A stretch of 64,000 nt of DNA from Mobula hypostoma (taxonomy: Eukaryota): contig NC_086097.1 of NCBI RefSeq assembly GCF_963921235.1, positions 92,630,001-92,694,000 on the forward strand. Direction: 5' to 3'. Shown one piece after another: positions 46,340 through 59,855 of this stretch. A program made the translations under genes and the position numbers. The notes beneath the pieces were generated by a model, which had not been told where the DNA came from, made no database searches, and saw only the letters and a program-made list of their open reading frames with translations. The number at the start of each line of letters is the position of its first letter. Positions within the stretch are counted from its first letter, which is position 1.

Positions 46340-49130
46340 TAGGAAATCATGGTGGGACTAATATTCAGAGCTGTGTACACTTCAGTGTAAGGAGTATTGT
46401 AGGAAAGGCAGATGAGCTTAAGACATGGATCAGCACGTGGAATTATGACACTGTAGCCATTGGTAACAATGGTTACAATTGTAAGGTATGACTACGTTAA
46501 TAGGATTACATAATAGACCACTCAATAGTCGGCGGGATTTAGAGAAACAAATTTGTAGAGAGATCTGACATTTACAAGAAACATAAGGTTGTGATAGTGG
46601 ATGATTTTAACTTTCCACATATTGACTGGAACTCCCATACTGTAAAAGGGCTAGAGGGGAAAGAGTTTGTTAAACGGGTCCAGGAAAGTTTTAATTGGTA
46701 CATAGAAGTCCTAACTAGAGAGCATGCAATGCTTGACATCCTATTAAGGAATGAGACAGAGCAGATGACAGAAGTTTGTGTAGGGGAACACTTTGCATCT
46801 AGTGATCATAGTGCCATTAGTTTCAAAATAATTATGGAAAAGGATAGGTCTGTCTGGTCCTCAGGTTGAGATTCTAAACTGGAGAAAGGCCAATTTTGAT
46901 GGTATCAGAAAGGATCTGGCAAATGTGAATTGGGAATGGTTATCTTCTGGCAAAGGTGCACTTGGTAAATGGAAGGCATTCAAAAGTGAAAATTTGAATG
47001 TACAGAGTTTGTACGCTCCTGTCAGAATAAAAGGCGAGGATAACAGGATTAGGGAACCTTAGTTCTTGAGAGATATTGAGGCTTTGGTTAAGAAAAAGGA
47101 GGCGCATAGCAGGTATAGATAGGCAAGCAGAAACAAATGAGATGCTCGAGGAGTATAAGAAATGGAAGAGAACTCTTAAGAAGGAAATCAGGAGGGTTAA
47201 AAGAAGACATGAGATTGCTCTAGCAGACGAAGTGAAGGAGAATCCTAAGGATTTCAACAGATAGGTTAAAAGCAAAAGGATAGCAAAGGACAAAATTGGT
47301 TCTCAGGAAGATCAGACCAGTAATCTAAGCATGGAGCCGAAAGAGATGAGGGTGATGTTTTTTCCCATCTGTGCTTACTTGGGAAATGGACACAGAGTTT
47401 ATAGATGAGAGGCAATGCAGCAGCGAGGTCATGGACCCTATGGATTACAAAGGAGGAGGTGTTTGCTGTCTTGAGGCAAATTAGATTGGAGAAATCCCCA
47501 GGGTCTGACAAGGTGTTCTCTTGGATCCCGTGGGAGGCTGGCGCAGAAATTGCAGAGGGCCTAGCAGAGATACCTAAAATATCCTTAGCCACGGGAGAGG
47601 TGCATCTGACTATAAACTTGACTTTGATGACCCTATCTAGCTGTTGAGCTACCTCCAAGGATCTTTGAACTTATACACTAGAGTCCTTTTGTTCCTCAAT
47701 ACTACCTCAAGCCCAACCATATATGGCATATGTTCTAACTTTAGCAGACCTCCAAAATACATTACTTCATACTTATCAGAATTAAATTCCATTTATTGAT
47801 TTGAATGAGATTGTAGGTGACATGGGTATCAAGATTGTGGATGACACCTAAATTGGTATTCACAGTAGAGAAGGCTGTCTAAGGTTACAAAAGGATCAAG
47901 ATCAATTGGGAAAAGTGGACAAAGGAAAGGCAGATGGGATTTAACTTGGGCAAGTACAAAATGGTGCATTTTGGGAATTTAACAAGGCCTGGATGTCCAC
48001 AGTGAATGACAGAGCCCTGGAAGACATTGTGGAACACAGAGATCTCAGGATACAAATACATAGTTCCCTGAACATAAGATACGTAGTGAAGAAATTGTAT
48101 GGAATGCTTGCCTTATCAGACCAGCACTGTGCAAAGGAGCTGAGATGTCACATTGCAGCTACAGTACTGTGCAAAAAGTCTTAGACACATATAAATAGCT
48201 AGGGTGCCTAAGATCTTTGCACAGTACTGCAGGAACTTTATGCACTTCACTGTACTGCTACCGCAAAAAAAAAACAAATTTCATGACATATGTGAGTGAT
48301 GATAAACCTAATTCTGACATGGGTCTCTATTGTGGACTGAGATTAGGAAGGGGGTAGGGAGAGACAAGTACAGAGAGACATTCTGTAATGATCAATAAAC
48401 CAGTTGTACGGAATCAAACAACCTTGCCTGGTGTCTCAGAGCACCAATGCCACACCCTGCTTGGCACTCCTTCTCTGCCACCAGTCCCACACTCCTCCTG
48501 TAGCACTCCACCATTGTCATTCCCAACATCCTTTGCTCCCACCAGATTTACACCTCGTTCTCTGCACCATGTTGTTAAATACAGTACTGTGCTAAAGTCT
48601 TCGGCACCCTGCAATACATATGTGCCTGAGACATTTGCACAGTACTGTATATAGGACGTAGCTGAAAGCACACCTGGAATACAGTGTACAGTTCTGGTTG
48701 TCAAACTATGGAAAGGATGTTTATAAGGTAAAGAGGATCTGGAAAAGATTTACAACGACACTGTGGAGACCGGAAGGCTTGAATTATAAGGAGAGACCAG
48801 ACAGGCTGGGACTGTTTTCCCTGGAGCAAAGCAAGCTGAATGGTGATCTTATAGAGGCTTATTGAATCAGGAAGGGCATAGATAACACGGATAGCAACAA
48901 CCTTTTTCCAACAGTAGGCATCTAAAACTAGAGAGCATAGGTTTAAAATGAGAGGATAAAGCTTTTCCGCACAGAGGGTGATGGGTATATGGAAGTAACT
49001 GCCAAAGGAAGTGGTAGAAGTAGGTATGCTACAATATTAATAGGAAAGGTTTACAAAATACAGACAGGTGGGGCTAGCTGAGGAAGGCACCCTGGTCAGC
49101 AGGGATGAAATTGTATGCTATATAACTCTT
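46340..49130 (+). mobile_element. Old, rearranged CR1 (endonuclease to 3' end) with nested inserts
   Basis: DDFNFPHIDW, VGEHFASSDH, EKSPGSDKV remnants. An antisense CR1 piece lies at about 47620-47790 and the composite MITE at 48162-48647. Confidence 0.8.
48162..48647. mobile_element. Composite MITE-flanked element, copy 2 (intact, 486 bp, TA TSD)
   Basis: TA|cagtactgtgcaaaaagtc ... gacatttgcacagtactg|TA. Two self-complementary cassettes (48162-48229 and 48582-48647) in opposite orientation flank about 350 bp of cargo. Confidence 0.88.
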
Positions 49131-49319
49131 CACCACGAGTTAATCTCTGTTATGTTGGATGGGAAATAAAGCAAGTCTAGATTAAGGACCAATGACTATT
49201 CAGGTATTTCCTACACCACTGCAATCCCTTTTGTTGTTCACAGATAGATTTATATAATCACTAATTTAACCATGCCTAACTTGTATCTGAATTCCATTCA
49301 AGTCAGTTCTCACTTAATC

Positions 49320-50240
49320 AGGTATCAGCCTGTCCTGGCCCAATCAAGTTGATATCATGGCCAAGAAAATTCACCAACACCTTTGCTTTGTCAGAAGACT
49401 AAATAAATTCAACACGTCCCTATCGATTCTTACCAACTTTTATTGATGCACCATAAAGAGCATTCTGTCTGGATGCATAACACCTGGTTTGGCAACTGCT
49501 GTGCACACGACCACAAGTAACTGCAGAGAGCACGTACTTTATTTACATACAGTCTATATAACAGTTACTTATACATTGCGTTTTATAGGATTGTTTTTAT
49601 ATTCATATTTACGTGTTTTTTAAATTGTGGCCTTTATGCTTATTGTGTTTTTATGCTGTATCGGATCCAGAGTAACAATTATTTTGCTCTACACCTGCGT
49701 ACTGAGGAATGACAATAAATTATCTTGAATCTTGAGAATTACAGACAGTACTCAGGACAACACAGAAACAATCCTCCCTCTATGGACTCTGTCTATACTT
49801 CTCACTGCCTCAATAAAGCAGCCAATGTCATCAAAGACTCCACTCATCCCAGATATTCTCTCCTCACTCCTCTCATCAGAAATCCTGAAAGCACCTATCA
49901 CCAAGCTCAAGGACAGCTTCTATCCCACAATAAACAGTAAAGTGCACAATCATAATGAGGTAGATTGTGAGGCCAAGAGTCTATGTTATCAGAGCCTTGA
50001 GTGGACCTCTTATCTGATAACATACACTCTTGGCCTCACAATCTACCTCATTATGTTTGTGCACTTTACTGTTTACCTGCACTGAACATTTTTGATAGCT
50101 TGTGAACTTTATTCTGCATTATTATTGTTTTACCTTATTCTAGCTCAATGCACTGTGTCATAATTTGGTCTGTATAGAGTATGCGGGAGAAGCTTGTCAT
50201 TGTACCTCAGTATATGTGACAATAACAAACTAATACCAAT
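49320..50240 (+). mobile_element. Rex1/Babar 3' fragments, nested
   Basis: FY.CTIKSILSGCIT..FGNC remnant, tcaaggacagcttctatccc, and the tail gtatatgtgacaataac. Confidence 0.7.
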
Positions 50241-51132
50241 AAAACAATAGAAAGCAGTGTGTCTATGAGTACTGCAAAGGTACAATGAAAAGGACAATGT
50301 GAAACACATTACAAAGCATCAAACATCTTCCACAAAAGTTACATTACTTTTGTTACTGATTGTGCACTATAATCTAAAGATATTTCTCAACAGCTGAGCA
50401 ATTACTCTGATTAAACGTTCTCCAACCAGCAAGAGAGAATATTAACCCTGGAGCTCCAGCCTGTAGGTAGGTGATGTGTGTGTGAACATAAAGAGAGAAG
50501 GGGTATTCTTGGAGTAATTACACTCCACTAGAAGTCAGATGAACAGCTACAGGATACCCAGAAATTGTCTGAACTCACTTCAGTCTTAGATAGGGAACAG
50601 AAACAGGTCTTTCAGTACATCAACTGCACATCATCCATGTGATACGCATTTTTACAAAAATCATACAATCCAAACACATTTTCTTTTCAGTAAATTACCA
50701 TAAACTTGTTCCTCAGCATCTTCCTCACTTGCCTCCCACACACCACCCCCACCTCCCATTCCCTCCAATCCTAATGCAAGTTACAATTTACAATTAACCT
50801 ACCAACCTGCAAACTTTTAGATCACAAGAGAAGACTGGAACATCCGGAGGAAACCCACATGAACATACAAGCTCTACATAAACAGTACCTGAGGTCAGGA
50901 TCAATGTCATGGAAGTGTTGGAGTTCCATTCTTGCACATACAAATTTTCATCAGCCACCATTCTAAATACTCAGTTGCTTAGTGCCCCTAACTAATTTTC
51001 TCCTCTCAACAACACTACAGTTTAATAACCTTAAAATATTTAATTAACCCTCAAGTTCAATGTTTCTGGATACGTTCCAAATTTCCATTGCACTTTGTAT
51101 CATTAAAGTGCTTACTCTTATCTTAAAATTTA

Positions 51133-51537
51133 TACTCAGTGGCCAATTTATTAGGTACATCTGTACATCTGCTTTTTAATGAAAATATCTAATCAGCCAA
51201 TCACATGGCAGCAATACGATGCACAAAAGCATGCAGACATGGTCAACAGATTCAGTTGTTCAGACCAAACATCAGAATGGAGAAGAAATGTGATCTAAGT
51301 AACTTTGACTGTGGAATGATTGTTGGTGCCAGTTGGGGTGATTTGAGTATCTCAGAAAGTGCTGATCTCCTGGGGTTTTCATACACACCAGTCTCTAGAG
51401 TTTACAGAGTAAGGTGTGAAAAACACAAAAAAAAATCCAGTGAGCAGCAATTCTGAAGGCAAAAACCCCTTATTAATGAGAGAGGTCACAGGAGAATGGC
51501 TAGACAGGCTCAAACTGACAGGAAGGCAACAGTAACG
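51133..51537 (+). mobile_element. Tc1/mariner transposon 5' fragment
   Basis: TA followed by TIR-like tactcagtggccaatttattagg. Encodes MEKKCDLSNFDCGMIVGA...LSISESADLLGFSYTPVSRVYR, a Tc1 HTH DNA-binding N-terminus. Confidence 0.85.
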
Positions 51538-51717
51538 AATTTGGACACTCCTTAGCCTTCTATAACCATGAGAAAGTAAGCTTAATCTATTGAAGTTTGT
51601 TGTCAGCACTTCATTCTTTCAGTTCTGATATCATGCTGCAGCTCCTCAAAGCTTGCAACACTTTGTTCTCCAGCCCAGACTTCAGGAGGAGGAAGCTGGA
51701 GGTCCATGAGCCTGTCC

Positions 51718-52457
51718 TCATAGGCAGATCAAAGGTGGACAGGGTCAGCAACTTTAAATTCTTCTGTTAGCATTTCAGAGGACCTATCCTGGACCTAGCA
51801 TGCAAGTACAATTATAAAGGAAGCAAGGAGCACCTCTACTTCCTTATAAGCTTGTGAAGATTTCGACAAATGTCTACAGATGTGTGGTAGAGAGTATATT
51901 GACTGGTTTTACCACAGGCTGGTATGGAAACACCAATGCCCTTGAATGGAAAATCTTACAAAAAGTCGTGGACACGGCCCAGTCCATCATGGGTAAAGCC
52001 CTCCCCTCCATTGAGCACATCTACATTGCAGAAAAGCAGCATCCATCATCAGGGACACCCATCACCCAGGTCATGTTCTTTTCTCGGTGCTGCCATCAGG
52101 AAGAGGGTACAAGAGCCTCAGGACCCACACCAGCAGGTTCAGGAACAGTTATTACTCCTTAACCATCAAGCTCTTGAACCCATCACTGAACCTATAGACT
52201 CACTTTCAAGGACTTTTCATCTCATGTTCTCGATATTTATTGCTTATTTGTTTATTTATCATTATTATTTATTTCTTTTGCATTTGAATAGTTTGTTGTC
52301 TTTTGCCCATTGGTTGTTTGTCCTCCATGTTGGGTGCAGTCTTTCACTGATTCTATTATGACCCGTGTATTTTCTGAGTATGTCCACAAGAAAATATATC
52401 TCAGGGTTGCATATGGTGACATACATGTACTTTGATAATAAATTTACTTTGAACTTT
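51718..52457 (+). mobile_element. Rex1/Babar 3' fragment
   Basis: YRCVVESILTGFTTGWYGN...LQKVVDTAQSI, with tail gataataaatttactttgaactt. An older antisense Rex1 piece follows at about 52460-52990. Confidence 0.85.
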
Positions 52458-53826
52458 AGTGATGTGTCCACAACTTTCTGCAGTTTTTTACGGTCTTGGG
52501 CAGAGCAGTTATCATATCAAGCTGTGGTGCATCAACGTACAATGCTTTCTGCAGCGTATCATCTGATGAATGTCAAAGGGGACATGCCAAATTTCTTCAG
52601 TCTCCTGTGTGAGGACAGGCGTCAGTGAGCTGCTTTGACCATGGCATCTATGTGGTTAGACCAAGATAGGCTATTGATAATGTTCACTCCAAGGAATTTG
52701 AAACTTTCAACCTCAACACTGCTGACATATGCAGGAGCATGTATACCGCCTCCATTCCTGAAGTCAATGATCAGTTCTTTTGTTTTGCTGATACTGAGGG
52801 AAAGATTGTTGTCATGCCACCATGTGACTAAACTCTAAACCTCCTTTCTATACTCTGACTCATTGTTATTTGAGATACTGCCTATTATATCAACTACAGA
52901 CTCAGAGATGGAGTTAGAGCAGAATCTGGTCACGCAGTCATGAGTGCACAGGAAGTAGCGTAGGGAGCTGAGGACACAACCTTGTGAGGCCAGATGGAAT
53001 TAGTTTGTACTGGCATTATGGATAGCATAGACATCATGGGCCCTGGGTCCTGTTCCTGTTCTGTGTGCACCAGGGCGAATAAAAAGGCAAAAGGATAATC
53101 AGTCCCAATTTCTGGTTCTATAGTTCCAACCATGATCTATACTGCTGTGCTCTTTAGGAGATGAAGGCCACCACATTCTGCTCCAAAGCCAGTTAGATTT
53201 CTTGTGTACCTCAAGGTTCAATGGGATTCATCTTACAGTTGAGACATTAAGCAGCAGATAGAGATGGTACAAATGGAATCGAACATTCAAACTGTCAGCA
53301 AAGTAGGAAAGTTATTGATGAAACTGCAAAAGATAGTGGGACTAGAATAATGCTCTAAACAGAATGAAAAGAATGCCAGGCAACTCCTCAAAGAATTAGG
53401 GAATTCTTTGCTGTAACAAGGATAACTCCTTCTCCAATATTCAACCAAAAGTTCTTATGCAAGGTTATGGATCCAAAACATGCCCTCGACAGATGCTGCC
53501 TGGCCTGCTGAGTATATCCAGCCTTGCTTTGATTTATATTATTAAACAATTTCTTCACTTGACTAGTACATCTTCTAGAAGATGCTAAATGCCTTCAAGT
53601 CTTTTGCAGATCAGCTGATGATACACAGTAAGGAAACGTGCAGAGTACAATGCCCCCACAGGAAGATGGAGAAGCCGGCATGTAATAGAGCATCCCAAGT
53701 TGCTTCTCAGTATTAAATGGAGACTCTTTGAAGAAGGGGATGGACTTTCACATAAGTCACAGAGGCATAGCTAACAATTTAAAACTGTCATCGATGATTA
53801 GGTGGTGCATACACAATATTTTAGAC

Positions 53827-55085
53827 CAGAGGTTCTCAATGTGGTCCATACGGGAAGGGGGCCATGACAAATTTCGTAGGGGCTACAAGTAAAATAAACA
53901 AGAAACTGGGGGCCACAGGAGTTTCTGATTGGGTTGTGGTAAGTTTACTGTTTAAATGAAGTATTACTAAAATATAGAAATAAAAAAAGTAGTTAATATA
54001 TGTAATTTATTTGGAACCCCAAATGAAATTAATGGAAAAATATGCTAGAAATGTGGCAACAAAACAGGGGTGGGTGGGTGGGTGGGTGTGTGTGTGTGAG
54101 AGAGTGATGCAGCAGTTCTATCATTATCTCTACTCCTGCTTGACCACACACAAATCTCTGCTCACACCCAGCAGGACAGCTTGCTGAGCACCGAATGCCA
54201 CTCCACATCTACTCCTAAAACACAAACTGCAGATAGGACAGGGTTTTCTGCAGCAAGGCCAGTCGGCAAGTGTGCAGCAGGAAGCTCGTTCTGTTTGCCT
54301 TCCACTGGCCGGTGTGTATTATTATACTTACAAAATGTGACATGAAGACTGCAATCACTGAAGAACAAATTTCCTGGAGAACAAAGTGTTGCTGCTAAGT
54401 CTGACATATTTTACCTGTCAGATATGCTTGAAAAACTGAATTTAGTAAACAAACAGTTACAAGGAAAAAACTGCAATTCCATATCATGCAAAGAGCCTAT
54501 TACCACTTCCCTTTGAAAACTCAAACTTTTCAGCAGCAACATTGAACATCATGAGTTTATGCAATTTCCTTCACTGGCCACTCCCAAATAGAATTGCAAG
54601 ATGATGATCTGATTGTGTATCTTGATCATTTGAAACAACTGGACATTGATGGGGAATTTCCATTCAGAGACCTTCTGGAGATGCATATTCCAGCTTGGGT
54701 GGTGGATCCACTTGGGGTGAATGTGAATGATGATGACACCACATTGCAAGAATGTCTTATTGAGCTGCAGAGTGATACAACAGCTCAGCAAAATTCAAAC
54801 GCAGCAAGCGAACTTTCTGGATTACACTAGATATTCAAATTAAGTTTCCACGTTCTGGATAAGTGTCCTATTCAGAGCTTTGGAAGAGTTTTATTTTTCA
54901 TATACATGTGTAATATATTTAACATATAATACCCATAACCTGTTAAAACATAAATATTGACTGTATATTAGAATTAGTACAGTTGACCAAAAAAGCTTTA
55001 AAATGGAGACTATGGAGGATGGGGGTCAGAGAGGTAAATGAAAGTCACAAGTGGGCCACAAGCAGAAAAAGGTTGAGAACGACTG
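53827..55085 (+). mobile_element. Internally deleted hAT (Charlie/Buster-type) DNA transposon
   Basis: TIRs cagaggttctcaa / ttgagaacgactg. The 8-bp flanks ttttagac and cactaggc keep the central TAG. Transposase remnants SDIFYLSDMLEKLNLVNKQLQG, QFPSL and RDLLEMHIPAWVVDPL...LQECLIELQSD. Confidence 0.85.
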
Positions 55086-55201
55086 CACTAGGCTCAGGAT
55101 TGTGAATGATTTGATCTCAGCAATAAATCTGGAGAAATATCACACAAAAATTGGAACTTGTCAAAATTGGATAAGGTCAAAAGGGAGAGGAAAAGAGGTA
55201 C

Positions 55202-55384
55202 CTGGATGTGAACTGGGCCTGCAGTTCAGAAGTACAGCCTGCACTGTGAGTGAGGCTGATCAGGAGGCAAACCAGAGTCTCAGCTCTCTGCAAGGAATAA
55301 TCAAACAATGGATCCTCCTGCCTCGGGTGGGACACCAGGTTTGGTAAGGTCTGAAGAATCTTCATCAGTGCAGGATAGAAGTCC
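55202..55384 (-). CDS. RPAP1: RPAP1 coding exon (183 nt, phase 2-2)
   Basis: DFYPALMKILQTLPNLVSHPRQEDPLFDYSLQRAETLVCLLISLTHSAGCTSELQAQFTS. Acceptor ccatcctcag|, donor |gtacct. The split codon AG|G = Arg keeps frame. Confidence 0.92.
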
Positions 55385-55846
55385 CTGAGGATGGTGAAAG
55401 GAGTAATAAACAATCAACACATTGTTGCTTGAGAGATCTGACTGAATGCAAATGCATACTGAAGGTATTGGACATCATTGGTTGTATCACTTGGAGACAT
55501 TTTGAGGTCAGGGGAGGCATTTTTCCGAAATGCAATGAAAATGAAGGGCCAGCAAAGACAAGTCTCAAACACCAGGACCAAATACCGCCCCTAATCTCTC
55601 TGGGTAAGGTGAAAAATATCCCCACAGATAAAACTCCAAAATTCCTGCCAAAATTTATAGTAATCCCTGGAATATACTCACACAGAACAACCTTCGAATC
55701 ACTTTCCATGCTTGTTCTGTCTTTCACCAATCTCCTCTTCCACCCGATTCAGTCATACACACAACGCATTCTTCATCACACTCCCCATATTCAGTGCATT
55801 CCACATCTTTCATGTTCCTGTCTCCCGTTTCTCACTGCATGCTCAC

Positions 55847-56004
55847 CTGTACATGTCACATGCTTGTCCATAGTTGACTGCAACAGCCCACAGCCGCAAA
55901 GCCTCAATGTTTAATGCGTAGGCTTCCTGTTGCTCCAAGTGCAGGTCACAAGGATCTTGTGCTATGAACCTCCCAATTCGCTCTTTCAACTTGAATTTGT
56001 TTAA
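55847..56004 (-). CDS. RPAP1: RPAP1 coding exon (158 nt, phase 0-2)
   Basis: LNKFKLKERIGRFIAQDPCDLHLEQQEAYALNIEALRLWAVAVNYGQACDMY(R). Acceptor tttttaaacag|, donor |gtgagc. Carries the EALRLWAVA.YGQ motif. Confidence 0.95.
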
Positions 56005-56139
56005 CTGTTTAAAAACAGAAGCAACAACACAAATCACTCATATTATTAAGCCAAACTGGCCATTTGTGAATTACCATAACCCAACATTTGAACAAGGTAA
56101 GTGCACCTTATCTGCTCACAACAAATGGTTACCTCTTTC

Positions 56140-56467
56140 AAGGAGATCACAGAGAAAACTCTTCATGACTCCCTCATCCACTCAATCCCCCTCCCTCCCC
56201 AGGCACTCTCCCTTGAAACTGTGCAAAGCGTTACACCTGCCCCTACACCTTCTCCCTCACCACCATCCAGGGCTCCAAACAGCCCTCCCAGGTGAGGTAG
56301 TGGTTCACATGCAAACCCATTGGTGTTGATCCATCTATTACTGGCGAGCTCTTGTTCTACCCCCTACCCTTACCTCTTTATATTGGCCATCTTCCACTTT
56401 CTTTCCAGTCCAGATAAAGGGCCTCAACCCAAAACACTGACTGTCCATCTCCTTCCATCGACGCTAC
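56140..56467 (+). mobile_element. Small degenerate Penelope fragment
   Basis: ccctccaggtgaggtagtggttcacatgc (FQVRQ.FTC-like) and the decayed hammerhead end cagtccagataaagggcctcaacccaaaacactgactg. Confidence 0.65.
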
Positions 56468-56712
56468 CCATATCTCTCTACTCACTTCCGATCCAAGTAG
56501 CTATCAAAATGCTTTTTAAACAGAATATTTGGCAACTTACTCCAAATATTCACCACCCTCCATGTAAAAATCCTGTCCCACAGATCTCCTTTAACCTGTG
56601 CCCTCTAGTTTTAGACTTTTGGATCAACGAAGCTTTGACATAACATGGCCACCTTAATAGAAAGGTCAAAAGGCATAAATTTAAAGAGCATAAAAAAAAT
56701 CTTGATCTAGAA

Positions 56713-56786
56713 CAGGGGTTCCCAACCTGGCGTCCTTGCTTAACAATATTTGTTCATGGGACCAAAAAAAGGGTTGGGAACCCATG
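56713..56786. mobile_element. 74-bp hAT/Charlie MITE
   Basis: TIRs caggggttcccaacc / ggttgggaacccatg. TSD atctagaa / gtctagac fits NTCTAGAN. Confidence 0.85.
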
Positions 56787-57171
56787 GTCTAGACAGATGC
56801 GGTGCATGATGTTCTTTGACAGGGCTTGCTAATATTCAATCTCTGTTGGTAACATAATAATAAAAGGCAAATAGAATCTTGATTTTGGCTTCAGATATCA
56901 AAACTGGAGGATTGCATCCACTTTTTTTTAGTGATGTCCTACAGGAATGACACAGAAGTGTGCAACAGATACAAGACAGAATTAACAAATCTGACAATGG
57001 GCAATTTTTATAAATAGAGACTTGACTACTTATCTCTTTTCTCATTGAGGGGATATGTTTGAAAAATGGCAAAGCAAAACAAAACCTCAACAGGATTTAC
57101 AGAGAAGGATGAAGAGGCATTAGAGAAGGTACAAGGATACGGTAATACACAACTGAAAACAGTCAGGAAAG

Positions 57172-59135
57172 AATTTAGAATTAGAATTTATTTATTTAAA
57201 TCTTATATCCATCCCACAACATGAGGGAGTAAAAATCTTTGTGATCTGACTCCATTGCAATGTTCAAACATGTGAATTTAAAAGTCTAATGGCTTGTAGG
57301 AAGAAGCTGTCCCGTGGCCTGTTGGTCCTGGCTTTAATGCTGCGGTACTGTTTGCCAGATGGAAGCAGCTGAAACAATTTATGGTTGGGGTGACTGGTGT
57401 CCCCGATGATCTTCCAGGCCTTCTCTCTGCACCTGCTGCTGTAAATGTCCTCAGAGGAGGGAAGCTCACATCCACAGATGCACTGGGCTGTCTGTACCAG
57501 TCTCTGCAGTGCCCAGCGATCAAGGTTGGTGCGGTTCCCGTACCAGGCGGTGATACAGCCAGTCAATGTGCTCTCAGTAGTGCCCCTGCAGAAGGCCTTG
57601 AGGATTTGGGGAGCACTGTGTCAAGGTGTCAACCTTTCCTCTGTAGGCTGTTTCATTACTGCTAGAAATAAGGTCGATCAAAGTCGTGTCATCTGTGAAT
57701 TTGATCAGCAGATTGGAGCTGTGTGTGGCAGTACAATTGTGAGTGTAAAGGGAGTAGAGAAGAGGACCCAGAACTCAATCCAATAGGAAGTCTAGGATCC
57801 AGCTGCACAAGGTGGGGTGCAGGCCAAGGTCTCTGAGCTTCCTGTCAAGTCTGGAGGGAATTATGGTGTTAAATGCTGAACTGCAGTCCAGGAACAGCAT
57901 TCTAACGTTTGCATCCCCTTTCTCCAGGTGAGCGAGGATGGTATGTAGTGCTGGGGCTACGGCGTCATGGGTAGACCGGGTCTGTCAGTAGATGAACTGT
58001 AGGGGGTCCAGTGTGGCTGGCAGCATGCTGCAGATGTAGTTTTTACCCAGCCTCTCAAAGCATTTGCTTATAATTGAGGTGAGTGCAACAGGGTGCCAGT
58101 CGTTCAGTTATGCTGCCTTGGTTTTCTTGGGTACAGGGACAATGATGGACAATTTGAAGCAGGAGGGCACGACACACTGAGAGAGGGAGAGATTAAAGAT
58201 GTCCGTAAGCACACCAGCCAGCTGTTCAGCAAACACTTTGAGGACGTACCTGGGATGCTGTCCGGCCCTGCTGCCTTGCCGCTGTTGGCACATTGGAATG
58301 TTCTACATACCTCAGTCTCAGAGATGACCAAGGAGCATGGTGTCATCGGTGGTTCTCTTCAGAGGTTCAGTCCTATTAACCTCAAATCGAGTGTAAAAAA
58401 ACATTTACCTCATCCGGAGCAAGGCGGCAATGTTAGCTGTACTGCTGCGTTTCCTCTTGAAGTCTGAGATAGTGTGCAGTTCTTGCCATATGCTGCGTGT
58501 GTCACTGTGGCAGAGTTGTGACTGGGTTTTGTCCCTGTGTTGCCATTTTGCCACCTTGATGGCTCTGCATAAACCACAGTGGCATCTCTTAAGCTCCCAT
58601 TGGTCTCTGGAGGCGAAAGCATTATTCCTTGTGCTGACAGCAACATACACTGAACTATTTATCCAAGGCTTCTGGTTTGGGTAGACCTGGACCAATTTTT
58701 GGGGAACAATGTCTTCAATGCACTTCCGAATGAAGCTTGTGACTACCTCCGTGTTTTCGGAGATGTTCACAACTCAAACTACCTCCCAGATGACGCTACC
58801 AAAGCAGTCTTGTAACATTCAGTCTGACTGGTTGGACCAGCAGTGGATAGCTTTCACTATGGCCACTTCCTGCTTCAATTTCTGCCTGTAGGCCAGTAGA
58901 AGCAAGATGGAGGAATGGTCAGACTTTCCAAACGGAGGGTGGAGAAGCGCCTTGTAGGCATTGCGGAAGGGAAACTAGCAGTGATCGAGTATGCCTCCTC
59001 CCCGTGTGCTCACCTCGATGTGTTGGCAGACTTCAGGTAAGCTCTGGTCAGAGACGCTTGGTTAAAGTCTCCAGTGATGATGAAAGCAGCCTCTGGATGT
59101 GTGGTTTCGTGGATATTGATGGTTTCACAAAATTC
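57172..59135 (-). mobile_element. Rex1/Babar LINE fragment (endonuclease end, RT with deletions, 3' tail)
   Basis: [46 protein letters not shown]. Tail aataaa + (attcta)n on the minus strand. Confidence 0.9.
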
Positions 59136-59855
59136 ATTGAAGAAAAATCATCACAAAGATTGAACAGGCTGAGTGCCTTTCCTCTGAAAAGAGACAACTA
59201 ACACAGAACTTCGAGATTACAATAACCCTTGTTGTAAGCATAAAGAAGATGCTTCCATTTGTGATTTGACCACACCCATGAGTAGTCATTAATAAATCCA
59301 TAAAGTATTCAGGAGTCACTTCAAAGAATAAACTAAAAACTACTATACAAGAGAGAGAGTGAACAGCATAGATGCATTCAAGGGGAAGCTGCTAAGTACA
59401 CGGTAAAGGAACACAGATGTTAGGAGGGTTGAGAGGCAGTTCATATGAAGTTAAAGCATCATCAAAGATCAGCTGGGCATATTGATCTGTTCTGGTGTTG
59501 TGCATTCTACCATATAAAAGGGAAATATTAATATTATGTCTTAGAGATGACAAGAGGATAAATTAAAGAGCATCACAACAAAAATATAAGAGATTACAAT
59601 TTCATTTTACACTGTAATAATGAAGTGGAATTCACTGGCACCTGCATCTCAAAAAGCGAGTTAATTAATTGTAAATAAAAGACTATTAAATATTAAAGAA
59701 GGTAAAAAGAAAAGATTGGACCAGCCGCAGACCTACAAAGGCAGACCAAATAAAAAAAACAGCAAACATCCTTCAAAGCACATTATCCATTTGTTCCCTT
59801 GTTTACAGCCACAATCTGTCAGATGAAGAATGGGGTAAGCCAGGATAACAGTTAC

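Noticed and set aside
54067..54090. G-quadruplex motif (GGGT)n
   Set aside because: Simple repeat inside a hAT relic with no evidence of function.
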